64,000 bases of DNA, taken from assembly GCF_036321535.1 (NCBI RefSeq), contig NC_087437.1, forward strand, positions 67,272,001 through 67,336,000, in the 5' to 3' direction. Position 1 is the stretch's first letter. The number at the start of each line of letters is the position of its first letter. A program made the translations under genes and the position numbers. This document shows, in pieces, positions 1-13,224 of the stretch. The notes beneath the pieces are model-generated. The model searched no databases. It worked only from the letters and a program-made list of their open reading frames with translations, and was not told the origin of the DNA. The stretch comes from Camelus dromedarius. Its lineage: Eukaryota.

Positions 1-83
1 GCTGCTAGGATGAAGGGTGGTGAGCCCAGGAGCATGGTGCTTGGGAGAGAAGACCTTATGCCCTTAAAGAAGATGTGGAGATA

Positions 84-235
84 GATATATCACTTATATG
101 TGGAATCTGAAAAAAAGGACACAAATGAACTTATCTACAAAACAGAAATAGACTCACGGACATAAAGAACAAACTTATGGTTACCAGCAGGTAAAGGAGG
201 TGGGAAGGGATAAATTGGGAATTCAAAATTTGCAC
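84..235 (+). mobile_element. L1 3'-UTR fragment, young laurasiatherian/camelid type, tail-less
   Basis: tcacttatatgtggaatct...aaatgaacttatctacaaaacagaaatagactcac...gggataaattggga; similar to the reverse complement of 44160-44330. Confidence 0.85.
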
Positions 236-239
236 CTCT

Positions 240-378
240 CAGAGAATGATAGAAATGTTAGCTATCTTGATTGTTGTGGTGCTTTCATTGGTGTTACGTC
301 TATCAAAATTCATCAAATTGTACATCTGAAATTAGTGTAGTTTACTGTACAGGAATTATACCACAATGAAGGTGTTAA
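240..378 (+). mobile_element. Old L1 (L1MB/MC-type) 3' end
   Basis: tatcttgattg...tcaaaattcatcaaattgtaca...aattataccacaat resembles old L1M 3' termini. Confidence 0.65.
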
Positions 379-606
379 GACAGACTGGGATTTCAAAATG
401 CAGAATAGATAAACAAGATTATACTGTACAGCACAGGGAAATATATACAAGATCTTGTCGTAGCTCACAGCGAAAAAAAAATGTGACAATGAATATATGT
501 ACGTTCATGTATAACTGAAAAATTGTGCTCTACACTGGAATTTGACACAACATTGTAAAATGACTATAACTCAATAAAAAAATGTTAAAAAGAAAAAAAG
601 AAAAGA
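379..606 (+). mobile_element. Young camelid-type L1 3' end with A-rich tail
   Basis: Closely similar to ~57390-57600 (gacagactgggatttcaaaatg...tgactataactc), followed by an A-rich tail. Confidence 0.9.
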
Positions 607-868
607 ACTCAGAATGCAGCCACTTAGTGGTGTAAAGGGTCTTAAATGGTGTCTGAGATCATAGTTTGGCTGTGCTGGTAGTTACCACCATAAACTGAGA
701 AAATGTTCATCCCCTTTCTCGGCACTTGTTCCTTATCTGCAGATGAGGAGCTGGTCACGTGATTGCTAAACTGTTTTCAGCTCTCACTTCCTGTGTTCCT
801 GGAAACTGTTTCTGAGCTGTACTTTGTCACAGGGATCATGCGTCTTCACTGAGCACCCACAGGATATC

Positions 869-1347
869 TGTTTCTGTTGTCAACTCAGGAGCCTCCCTGC
901 CCCATTGAAACAGCAACAACAAGCCCGTCCCCCCTCCCAACTGTGATCCCATGTTTCTGATTCTTTGGAACTACATTTCTCAGATTCCCTTCTCAGCAGG
1001 TTCTGTGCTGAATTTGGCTAATGAGAGGTACTTGTATAAGATTTGAAGCCAGAGGGAAAGAAAAGTCATGAATTACTAAGGCAGGTGTGGGTCTCAGCAG
1101 ATAGTAGACACTGGGCCATGTCAGTGGTTTCTAGGAATTCTGAGAATCACCTTCTTTGGTGTTGTAAGCAGTGGAGATCATTAGCGGTGACTTCACTTCA
1201 CTGTGATTCTTGCCCGTCTAGGTTTTCTGAAAGCCAGCACTGGCCTCCTTGAACTTTGAGTCATTCCCAACCCTTACAACAGTTGTGTAAACCTCTAATT
1301 CTCTATATTAAATCTCTTTCTGGTTGAGTAGTTCCTGATTTCGTGAC
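869..1347 (+). mobile_element. 5' LTR of ancient ERV-L provirus (LTR33/LTR41-like)
   Basis: Shares colinear motifs with 6815-7250 (actacatttc; gagggaaagaaaagtcatg vs aagggaaggggaagccattg; terminal ttcctga); lies upstream of the ERV-L internal region. Confidence 0.65.
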
Positions 1348-1767
1348 TGTATTAGTCAGGATTCTCTGCAGAAACAGAACCAGTAGGATGTGTATGGATA
1401 TAGGAAGAGAGAAAGTTTTATTATCAGCAATTGGCTTGTGCCGTTGCGGAGGCTGGTGAATCCAAAAGCTGCAGTGCAGGCTGGCAGGCTAGAGACTAAC
1501 AGATCCAGTGGTGCAGGTCCAGTCTGAAGGCAGGCCACCTCCAGACCCAGAAGGGGTGAGAGAACAGGCGAAGTCCGAGGCAGTCTTCTGGAGCTTTGAG
1601 TCTTGCCTGGGGTGGCCGGATCTTTTTGTTTTATGCAGTCCTTCAGCCGACTGGATGAGGCGCATTCATCTTATAGAGGGTGGTTTGTTTGCTTAAAGTT
1701 CACCAGTTTTAATTTCAATCTTACCTAAAAGCATCCTCCAATTTAACACATAAGATGAACCATCACA
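1348..1767 (-). mobile_element. MLT2 solo LTR (ERVL)
   Basis: Begins tgtattagtcagg and ends aaccatcaca, the reverse complement of MLT2 termini; internal gactggatgagg motif. Confidence 0.9.
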
Positions 1768-1789
1768 CTGGCAAAAGCCTAGCTGGTAA

Positions 1790-4700
1790 AGCTTCAGGAT
1801 CCAGGAAACAGAATTTCAAATAGCGAATGTGGGATTGGTTATTGGATTTAGTGAGGCTTAAATGAGAAATGACCAGGGAAAACTGGAAAGCTCATAGTTT
1901 ATGGCACGTGGTGGTAAAAACTTAGTTAAATTTTCATTTATATTTGTCCATAGCTAAGTGTCTATGAGATATAATGCATCAGAAGACAAAGTGGCTGTTG
2001 TAATGGAATGTTATAAAGGAAATCGGTTGGAGGACTATGGGATGAATGTTTATCAGTGCATAGGGAGATTAATGAAGTCATGGGATGCTTAGAGTTAGAA
2101 TGGGACATTTGGATGAAGTCTGTTAAATATTTGGACCTTGAGCCCCAGGTCATCCTGAATTCCCTTGTCAGGAGAAACAGTTCCTCTTTGTATCTATCAG
2201 GTGGTTTTTAAAGACCCTGGGATAAAATGACTTAAAGCAGTTAGGAGAAGCTGACTATCCTTAAGGCTTACTCCCACTCTTAACTGCCTCTGGATCCAAA
2301 CTAATACTGGATCTTAGCAGCCTCTAGGGGTAAGAGGACACAATCTAAACTTGAAAGAGACAGCATATTCACCAAAAGAAGATTTACCAATAGATTCTTA
2401 AAAGTTGTATACCGAGAAAGAAATAATGTAGCATTGGATTGGGCTGAATTTATCAAAATGTATTTGAAGTTTTACCTGAAACCACTGAAACTGACTCAAG
2501 TACAGTTGTTTACTTGGAGGACATAAATGTGGACTTAATTGTGGCTGGTAGTAAATGATGTTGAGGTGCTAGACTTTCCTGGGTGAAATGTCAAGGAATG
2601 AATCTAAAGGTTTAGAGGCAGAAATATTGGATTAGGTTTATCAAACATGATGCCTTTACTCACATTCATCAGGAAGGCCTAGATAACATTATTTTTACTG
2701 GAGCATGAGAAAAGACACTAGTGAGGGGAACACCAGTATCTGTGAAAAATTCTTTAATTATTCTTCTCTACAGGCTAAGAGTGGTACTGAAAAATGCTGT
2801 GATTGAAATGAGTTCCCTCAAATAAATGAGGGTTTGGGATCCTGGAATGACAGACGACAAGTAATCATGCTTAACTACTGAAGAAAAGGAATTTGTGGTC
2901 ATGGTAATGAGCAGTAGAGCCAGAGCAATATCAGAATGATTTTAAATGCAGAGCTTTGGGGGAGTAATAGGTAGTTGACCTTGGTATCCTTAGGACTGAG
3001 ATAGATGGGAAGCCTTCTCGAGTCTTATTTGATCTGAGTAAACTGCAAAAAAGATATGTATAGTGAATAGAGAACCTTGATTTGTGTCATAAAAATGATG
3101 ACTAACATTCCCTCATACAATTTCCAAACTGGAACTAGTTCACAGACCCAAAGATACTTGAATGAAGAAAGGAAGTCTTCCCTTGAGAAAGAACCCTACA
3201 GTATGGCCACAGGTAGACATGTTGCAAGTAGTCCTTCTAATCTTACCCCAAAGGCTCAGGCAGCTATTTCCAAAAGCTTATGCACCCTTAAAAAGTGAAA
3301 AAAAAACCCCTCATATTTGAGGGTAATTCCTAGACTTTAGCTCTCAGTTGATGCGTGATGATCCAATATACTGCTATGGTCCTCCAGTCAGAACGAAGAC
3401 TGATAAAGTCAGGTAGTATGTGCATTTTTGGCTTTAGTCAGTCTCACAGTGAGTGCAGTGTATCCACACCACCACCCTGTGGCACTTCTCTAGTTCCTGA
3501 AGGCATAATTGGGAGACACACTAGGCCACTGGAAAATCCCTTCTTTGGCTGCGTAACTTGTAGATTTAGGATAAACATAGGAAGAGCCAAGTAGAAGTCC
3601 ATGGAATTGTCTCTCCCACACAAATAGTAAACCAAATACTATATTCCCTTGGAAAATTACAAACTTAGTGCTACCAAGAAACCATTGAAAGACACAAAAG
3701 TGTGATTCTTGTGTCATCACCACTGAACACCATATTTATCCTACATGGAACACAACCAGAGCTGGAGGAAAGACAGTAGATTCTCTTAAACCTAATCAGG
3801 TATGGTAACTCCAATTTCAGCTACTGTTTTAGATACAGTCTCTTTCCAAGAACAGATATCTTCATGCTGAACCATCCTGTTTATGGCTTTGGCCTTGTCC
3901 TTTTGGTGTTAATGACCATCTTGTCCCTAGTACCTTCTTTGTAGCCATTGATCTATCAACTGTTTTTCTCTGGTGAACAGCAAAGACCACCAGAGGCTAT
4001 TTGTTGCATCTAACAGGAACTGCAGTCTGCCTTCCTTCATTTTCCTCACAACAGTGCCAATTTTCAGACTCCCTCCTATTGAGTCTTCAGGAACCTTTAT
4101 CATCTCACTAACCCACAGTTTGTCATGCTGGTCTTCTACATTGTCGACATCCTACCAGTCACCCCTGGTGAGTAGCAAATATACTAGATGTCTTCATCAA
4201 CACATTGTGCACAAAAGTGGAAACACCACCCATGAAAAGTCAGAGCTCATCACTTTAGGGCAGTTCATAGGAGTTCAGTGGTCTGGCATGCTGTGCTGTC
4301 CCCTCAGAAGTGTGAGAGACAAGATGCTGCATTTTGGATCCCCAGTCACAAGCAAGAAGTTCAACACCAGTCAATTTCTCTGAATACCTCATTTCAATGT
4401 GATACTTTGACTCATTTATCAAATAACCAACGAGACTGCCAGTTTTACTGTACAGGCTGTAGTGCAAGGTGCTTTTGAGACTTGAGCCTAATGAAATCAG
4501 ATGTATTGAGATGTCTGGGACAGAGTGGAATGTTCTCTGGAACCTCAGGAAAACTCTGATTAGAGAATCACAGTGCTGATCCCTAGGTTGTAAAATAATG
4601 TCATACCCTGTTGAAAACAATTCCATGCTTGCTTCCAAGACTGAATCTTTGACCATTGGACCATATATGGCCATGCTTCCTGAACTACACATCATCTGTT

Positions 4701-6814
4701 GAGTGTTATCTGGTTAACCAAGCTACAAAGTTGGGCAGGTACAGTAGCATTCCATGATCAAGTGGAAATGGTATAGATAAGACAAGATTTGAATAAATCC
4801 TCGAGGCAGGAGTAAGTTGCTTAAGCAAATGGTTTGGACTCCCATGGAATCTACTTCTGTATTGCTGCCTCCCCTCCACCCCACACCTATGGACTAATGG
4901 GAAGCTGCTTATGATCATTTGATTAGAGAAGGAAAAACCTGGGGCCTCAAATTTATAGATGGTCCTGTGTGATATTCTCATACCAGACATGGAATACATT
5001 GCTGTTACATTGCAGGAATGACCCCAGAGGACAGTAGGGAAGGAGAAACCTTCCTATGGTAAGAACTTTAAGACATAGCCAGAAGTATGATCTATACTAG
5101 GCAGTGCAAAATTGTTGGCTGGATGATCAGGGACTTGGGAAGATCAAGATTAGAGGCTTGGGGACTGAAGGCTCTGAGGAAAAGGTCTATGGATGGACCT
5201 TTTGGAATGGGTATAGCGTTAAGGATAATTGTTATCCATGTAGTTGCTCAACAAAGGGCTTGTGCTGCAGAGAAGACTCTAATAATCACAGGGACTACAT
5301 GGCCTGATCCATGATGGCTGTCACCTTCTTCCCCCAGCTACTCCATGACTTGCTTATCAACAAAGTGGCCATTTTAGTAGCAATAGATGTTATTCATGAG
5401 CCCAACAACATAGATTTTCCCTCACCATGGTTCCTCTGGCTGCTACTGCTGACTGCCCAACATGTTATTATGTCAATGGCAGAGACCAAAGCTGAGCTCC
5501 CAATATGGCAGCATTCCCCAGAAGGACCAGCCAGCCACCTGGTGGCAAGCTGATTACATTGGACTTCTTTCATCAATGAGGGGGCAGCATTTTTTTTTTT
5601 TTTTCTGCTTGGGATAGATACATACGATGGATATGGGTCTGCCTTCTCTGTCAGCAGTGCTTCTGCCAGCACCACCATCTGTGGACTTACTGAATGCATT
5701 ATTCACTGTCTTCATATCACATACAATATTTTTACTCTGACCAAGGAATTTTATTTTGTAGCCAAAATAATAAATAAAAATAGAGTGAGGGAAAGAGATG
5801 CAATCATGGGATTGACTGGTCTTCTCATGTCCCTCATTCACTCAGAAGCAAGATGCAGTAAATACTCAAAAACAGTAACCCATATGTGATACCATTTATC
5901 ACACTGCCAGAATATATGGGTCGAGAATACCAGTTTTTGCTTCCCAACTTCGCAACTTTGGACTCTGATGATTTAGAAGTCTTAGTTCCCAAATAAAGAA
6001 TCTTTTCACTAGGGGATACATCGTTAATTATTACTAGAAGTTGAGACAACAATCTGACCATTCAGGGCTCTTTGCATCACTGAAACAAGAGACAGGAGGG
6101 AGTTAGTGTCTCACTGGTAGTTGATTCTGATCATGAAGGGGATTGGGGTTGCTGTTACGTGAAAGAGGGAAGGCAGAGTATCTGGAGCATAGAGGATTTA
6201 CTGGGGTATATTCCATATTCGACTGGTAGAATTTAATGAAAGTCTGTAGCAGCCTAATATGGGCACCTTCAGGAATGAAAATTTGGTCATCCCAGCAGAT
6301 AAATAGGTCTGACTGGCTTAGATGCTGATTTATTATAAAAGGAACATGGAATGGGTGGCAGAAGAAGGAAGTTCATGGCCTTGTGGGCACTTGAAAAATG
6401 AGGACTGTGTTAGTTATGTGTTTCATCTTTTTTTGCTTTGAGATACATACACTTGCTTTGAGATACATGAGATATAGATGTCTCATATACTAATTTCTTC
6501 TTTGTACCTTCTCTCTTTTCCATATGGTTTTATATAAGGTATGTTAGTTATGATTAACTTTCTAATTTAATCTTTAGTTTACTGGCTATCAAAGAAGGAT
6601 TGTGACTAAACTAGAAGAGGAATTAACTACTCAGTGATGGATATGGTTCCTGAGGGAACTCTGAGTCTCCTCTTTTGCAGGAGAGCATGAATGCATCTAC
6701 ATTTGTGTGAGAGGTAGTTGCCTTACATTAGGTGGACACATGAGGTTGTTGTTAATGTTGGTTAGAAGATAAATATAGGTCAAAAGGGTTTTATGGATTT
6801 GAGTTGAGAAAAGG
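1790..6814 (+). mobile_element. Degenerate ERV-L internal region (gag-pol-integrase-dUTPase, no env seen)
   Basis: Colinear motifs: gag LDWAEFI (~2434); RT WR/KTVDSLKPNQV (~3763, frameshifted) and GVQWSG..VRDKMLH (~4270-4335); integrase DQPATWWQADYIG (~5525) and GIDTYDGYGSAF (~5611); dUTPase-like segment ~6100-6160; polypurine tract gagaaaagggg ~6806. Confidence 0.9.
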
Positions 6815-7252
6815 GGTAACCAAATCAGCATCAGGCTCCCCCTTATACTGCCATAGGAAAGAAGGCCGAAAACTACATTTCCTAGCATTCTTATCAACAA
6901 AATTCCAGGTTATGTTCTGCCAAGAGACACGCCCATGCAATTCAGAAGAGGAAGGGAAGGGGAAGCCATTGTTCTCTGGCTGCAGCTGTGGGCGGGGGCA
7001 CAAGTGCAGCAGCAGGTGCAGGTGTCTGGTGCAGCCGGTGCTCTAGGCATCCTCATATTGCTGTAGGCAGCTGAGGCCGTGGTGACTCATGCCCTTCTGG
7101 GTTTTCCACCAGACCGCAGTGGCCTCCTAGGCCTTTATGCTTTCAACCCTAGTGAAAATTGTGTCTGCCTCTGATTCATTTGTGAAGTCCCCTCCTATTA
7201 ATAATGTCTTCAGTGGCTTCTGTGTTCCTGACTAAACCCTTTGTACTAAATC
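6815..7252 (+). mobile_element. 3' LTR of the ERV-L provirus
   Basis: Follows the polypurine tract; diverged homology to 869-1347; ends gtggcttctgtgttcctgactaaaccc. Confidence 0.7.
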
Positions 7253-8329
7253 CATGGTTCCCCCTGTTTCTCAGAAAATCCTGAATCCAGGTTTCCTACT
7301 TACGAAGAGATGTGCAGGGCAAGGCTATCTCCAAACAGTTTTTACTAAATTAAACCACTTTTGAAGAGTCTGAAATTAACCTCTTTACTGAAATGTCTAA
7401 AGTTAGAAACAGTCAGTTTTCCTCATTAGAGTGGTTCCTTTCTTGAGGGCCAGTGTTCCCTGGGAGGTCTTGTTTAATGGTAGGGTTTCTTAATCTATAA
7501 CTGTACCAACCACTGTATTTAGAATACATTAAAAAAAAATAAGGCTGTTGTTCAATTATATTCTTTCTTTCCTTCCTCCTCTCTCTCTCCCTCTCTCTCT
7601 CTTTTACCCCTACCTCAGCATATGTAAACACAAAATTTTCAATTTGTTTTATTGGTTAATAACATGCAAAGTTATTTTAAAGCATTATTGACATTATTCT
7701 AATTATTTTCATTGATTTTTTTTCTTGGTAAGTGGATAGAAGTATACCTATTCTGAAGTGCAGATCTTTAAAAATCTCTTGACTATAAAAACATTTCCCC
7801 ATACTAAAGTGATTGGGATATCCTGCCCTCCAATATAAAATATCCGTGTGGTTTCTCTCCCATCCTGGAGCCTGGTGTGTACTGAGTACAGCACTTACAG
7901 AAAGCCTAGGCTGTGTCAAGTTTCTTGCTGCTTGTTGACTATAAAATCTTGGCTAAGTCATCTTTTCTTCCTGAGACTCAGTAACCTCTTTTGTACTTTA
8001 GGAATGAAAATAGTTGTTAGAAGCAGTAACATGAAATGAATATTTTAAAAAATCAGGTAATTTTTTAAAAAATCAGGTAATTTAAGTATTACACCATGGT
8101 CGGCTAGTCCTAGAAGAATTCTGAGCTGTTAGTGTACCTATAATAAGCACATATCTCACTCCCCTCTGACTTACCCAAGCACCACACCAAGAAAATAAAT
8201 GTACCTTGGGCAAAACTTGTTTACTTCTTCTGATTTGTTTATTTTGCAGGAAGAATTTTTTTCACTGATTTCTTACCCCTTCCCTATTGTATTAAAAGCT
8301 ATTTTGCTTATCCTCCAAGCTAGCACAGA

Positions 8330-8720
8330 GGGAAAATTTATCAGAAGGGTATAGAGACCATCTCATGGATCCCAAGGGCAGGAAAGTAGTTAGATTTTAA
8401 TGAGAGACTAGGACTCAGAATGGAATATTTGTCTCTTCCTGAAAACCTCTTTGTTTTTCTCTCTGAGACCTGCTTCTCTGACCCTCCTGGTGGGATATGA
8501 TTCATCCTAGGTCTTCAGTTTCCATGTTTCTTTTCTAGCAGCTGATCTGGAAAGAGCTCAGCTTGCTTAGTCCTTATTCCAAATTCTGAGTTGGGAAAGT
8601 CTGATTGAGTCTTCTTGGGTCAAATGCCTATCTCTGGTCCAAAAAAATGGGATGGGGCCAAAATGTCAGGCTCGTGGGGTACAAACAAGACTGCTAGAAA
8701 CCTATCCCAGTGGGTGAACC
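8330..8720. mobile_element. Old MaLR LTR (MLT1J/K-like) fragment
   Basis: ttgggtcaaatgcctatctctggtccaa motif typical of old MLT1. Confidence 0.45.
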
Positions 8721-9574
8721 CCAGTAAAAGTAGCTGGCGTGCACTGGAGCAAGGTCCCAGAGGTTCTGCGCGAACACCGAGTTGTCTGCTGAAATGCTGT
8801 GTCCTGATAGTTGATGTGCTAAGCTCTGTATTATGAACTTGCACATTTATTGATCTGTTTCTGTGTGTCCAGAGAGCTTGCTAAGGGTCATGCACTGTGC
8901 TGGACCTGGGGATACTGTCAGGAGCTGGACGTATGTAAACCTGTCTTCCAGACTGTGTAGTTTTATCCTTACTTTTTGAATTCTAAGCCTTACATTAAAT
9001 CCACATCTTAGGCATTTTAATTCCAATTTTGCAGACAAAGATGTGGAAGAAGTCAGCTCTTCCAGCACCAGGTCAGAGCCCTTTTTGTTCCACCAGAGAT
9101 GACAGGAATTAACCTGACATTTTATGTCCCAACTTTCGATATCCTGATTATAAATCATTTTTGTCATTGCATTACATCATCGATGCTCCCAGGCAATTCT
9201 CTTCAGAATTATTTCAGTTACTGAATATGTTTGAAACTAATTCGAGTACACTTTTAAAAAAGTATCCCACATTGGGCTGGGCCTTCTCCCAAGTTGTTTT
9301 AAATTACGGAGGTCACTATTTATACAACCAACTATATTAATAAATGCATGAACATTTCTGGTACACCCATCACATCCAAGAAGCTCTAAGTTAAAATCAG
9401 ATACTAGTATTTTATAGATCGGATAGGGTTTTAGATTCTAATTGCTCATTCGCTACATTCTTGTGCACCGGGAGAAAGAGGGTGCATGTTATTGTGCTCA
9501 GCTGTTGAGAGAGAGGAGGAAAGCGATGGTAACAGCGGACTGTGCTGCAGCACGCAGGCTGATTCCCTCAGACT

Positions 9575-9735
9575 ATTCCAGACACTAGTATTTATGCATT
9601 TCCTCTTTGTGCATTATCTCATTTAATCCTCACAAACCCCAGCGAGGGATTATCATCCAGTTTTATGAATGGGGAAACTGGCTCAGAAAGGTTAAGACAC
9701 TTGCTAAGGACCAAGGAATCACAGCTTGCAGCCAG
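9575..9735 (-). mobile_element. MIR SINE
   Basis: ctcatttaatcctcacaa...ggaaactggctcagaaaggttaagacacttgc core. Confidence 0.85.
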
Positions 9736-12109
9736 ATCCTCTTCATGACAAATTTCGTGTTCTCTCCATCACCCAATCCTGATGATAAGATCTGCAGCTT
9801 CAGTGTAGCCCACGTGGGAGGTGAAATTCCAGCACCCGAGCCAAGAATTTGTTCAAGGCTTCTGTCTGGCCCAGAACTGCCCCTGTTCTCTATCAGACTG
9901 TTTCTATAGTGGACACCCCTTCATTTGAGGAGTTTCTGGACTGACTTAACTTCCCAATAGAGTCTTGGGAACTCTTGTTGAACCCAGCTTGAACTAGTAA
10001 AGCAAAAACGGAGAAGACAAGTTGAATGAATGCCTGGGAAGCAGCACAGTGCTGAGCACCTCCCTCCTGGAGCTGGGCGCCCACTCTTCGTCCCCGTGGC
10101 AGTTCACTTCGTAACCTCGTGGCCAAGGAGGAAAGGGCATTGAAGATGAGAAGGGACTTCTCTCTCCAAGCTCTGGTTTTAAAATCTTTCAGAAAGCCTT
10201 TGATGGGCTCAGATTGGATCTTGAATCCTCTCCTTGGGTCATGAACTTTACTGAGGCTGGGGAGTGAGGAGTTGAGGTCAGGGCTACTGTCTTACATGTG
10301 CCTGTGGCCAGGGGAGGGGCCTCTATAGTCAAAGGAAGGGGAGAAGGGTACTCGGAAGGAAAAATAGGTAAGAGAAAGCTGCCTGAGAGTCTTCCAGCTT
10401 ACAAGAACATGCCTTGTGGTCTGTGAGAATGTGATCAACAGGAAGTATCCATCAAGACCTTGTCTGCAGTGTGATAACCGCATGTCCTGTGCCCAACTCC
10501 TACCTTGGTGAACACCTTACAGATTTTTTATACAGAGTCAGAGATGAGAACTTAAGCATTCACTTGAATCAGTGATTCCCTGATTTTAGCTCTACCCCTT
10601 CCTCGACTCTGTATTTTTTCTCCCAAGTCCTCCAAATGTTCTTAAATTATTTTTTTTTAACTACAATTAAAACAAATCTGTTTATCTCCAAAGCTTGTTG
10701 GTTCATTACGGATTCAGAGAATAGTTTTCTGATTTACTTCCTCTGTTTGGGCTTCTGCCCTGCTAGTGGAATTTGAATCTAATCTTTGTGATCAATTATA
10801 ATTAATTAGGCAGTATTCTTCCTGAGGAATGGTGGCTGCAGAATGGTTACGGCGATCTGCGTGTGTGTCTCATTCTGAGCTGTAAGTAGAGATCTGTTTG
10901 TTAGATTGCTGTTAATTAATCGTTTAGTTTGTCAAAACAACACAATGGGCTTAAAAATACATTTTGATAGTACCACTGCTGACTGCGACTTGAGAATCTC
11001 GGCTGGCACCAAGAAAAAATTGATGAGAAGGATAAGGCCTCCTCACAAAGTTGCTGATGTTGGTGTGTAAATCTGTGTCACTGGCTGCGAATGTGTGCGG
11101 TTCTGAGACTGTATTTATTTGTAGGACATACATGCACGTGAGTATAACTGATAACTCATGAGGACACATGTACCATCTATAATTGATTTCAGATGATGCA
11201 AACTGGCAAATTGCAAAACGCCTATTCTTCAGAGTCTTGGATGATATTCATAGATAATACAAAGACTTCATTTTAATCAATAGTGTCAGTCTTCTCCCCC
11301 ATGGAACTTGTAACTGAGTGCCAAAAAGGACCCAGTACGATGTATTTGATTGTATTTCCCCCGATCACATGCAGCTCTGGGAGTGGAGGTACAGAGAAAT
11401 AGCCCAGTGTTGGCAGCAGTGAGGAGAGGAGAGGCAGAAGCTCGGAGCCAGGGCACGTGGTGAGCAGGATTAGTGGGTGACAGACTAGGGACTTTAAGTG
11501 GATTGTTTCCCCAACCCTACAAAAAAGGAGCAACGGCTACTCCTGGGTATCAAGTCAAGGGAGTAGGCCTTGGCGCCCCTAGCATCCTTTGAGCAGGTGT
11601 TCTCTGAGTACCAGAGAGGGGGATTCAAAGGCTCTTTTCAGAGCAGTAGAAGTCTCTGGGAGGAAAGAGGGTGTGTGTGCAGGGCTGGGCAGCCTCGGAA
11701 CCTGCACCTGGTGGTGGATGCAAGTTGCATTATTTGACTTTGGGAACACAAGAGATAGAAGGCTACTGGGTCATGAGGGAGAACTGGGCTCATTAGCCTG
11801 TTCTTTGAGTAAACTTTACTAATGAATTAAATGCTAAATGGATATATTCTACAGAGGATCTCAGAGGGCACCTCAGTATATAATCAAAGCATGATGTTGG
11901 GAGAATCAAATATCCTTCCTACTCTATTCCAGGATCCTCTAATGTTGTCCAGTGATCCCATACACCTGTAGATGAAAGGTTTTATTTTTTGCTACTTGTA
12001 TTATTTTGTTTCATTTTAAGCTTTTTGGAGTGTTTCAGCATTAGCTTTATCTCCAGTTGCATGACGATGAACAGTCTATAGTTCCAGGAATTTCATTCTC
12101 TACAGAGGG

Positions 12110-12860
12110 ACTACAGAGTTGTGTTTAAGAGCCTGGACTCCTGGGCCAAATCACCTTGGCACGAATCAAATTGCTTTGGCTTTGAAACTTGTTCATTGAG
12201 TACGCTTAGACAGAGTAGTTGATAGTCTGTACTTATTTTCTTCTACTTTACTACATTTTTTTTGTAATAATACATATTTCATAGTGTTGTTCTGAAGATT
12301 TAAAAGAATGTATGTTGAGGATTTAGACAAATCTTGGGGATGAAGCCAATACTATGTATGTCAGTGAGGAAGCAATACATCAGAGTGATTGAGAGGGCCA
12401 ACTCTAGTAGGCAGACTATGTGGAGTAAAATGACAGGTCTGCCATCTACCTGCTGTGTGACCTTGGGTCTGTCACTTAACCTCTCTGTGCCTCATTGTAT
12501 CATCTGAAAATAGTAGCTGCATCTCTGTGTTGTGTTAATTAAATGCATGAATATGTATAAAACTGTTAAGTATATTGCCTCAAGTACAGTACGCTAGTAT
12601 GTGTTATTTCCTCTTGTGATTATTATTAAGTAAATATGGGAAGGATTTGGTTTCAAGGATTGTGTGGGAGGTGGCATGACAATGGTGAAAAGCATTGGTT
12701 CCGGAGATGACTCTTCTTTACCTCAGTTTTATCATCTGCAAAATGGGGATGAGAATAGACCCAAACTCACAGGAGAGTGGGGATGAAATAATTAATTAAA
12801 TTAGACAGAGCATGGGGTGTGACTGGCACATAGCTGGGAGATGATGTCTAGCCAGTTTAA
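12110..12860 (+). mobile_element. Three MIR copies, head to tail
   Basis: MIR-like segments at ~12120-12330, ~12385-12625 (tgtgaccttggg..cacttaacctctctgtgcctc) and ~12680-12860 (cctcagttttatcatctgcaaaatgggg). Confidence 0.75.
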
Positions 12861-13224
12861 TTCATTGCTCGTAGAAGGACTGCGGAGGCTGATACCTGCT
12901 GCTTGTACCTACACTGCGGTCCTTAGAATTCTTGAATCATTCTGGAACTTACTGTACCCCAGGGTCGTCCCAAACTCTCACACACCAGAGCACACCTGCC
13001 TCTTTATTTCTCCCAGAGAGGGTTTTCTTGGGCTCTCCTCTCCAGCCCTGGATGCTGTTCCTCGCATTTGGCTTGTGGAACCATAACTTATTTTTTTAAA
13101 TTGGAAAATGTCTTGATTGGTCCAAATTATTTAGGGATGCCAGGAGACATATAGATTGCTAAACAGAATCAAAATAACAATAGCTACTGAGCACTCACCA
13201 TGTATCAAGTTCTATGGGCATGTT

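Noticed and set aside
4255..4695. 146-aa minus-strand ORF
   Set aside because: Antisense to the degenerate ERV-L pol.
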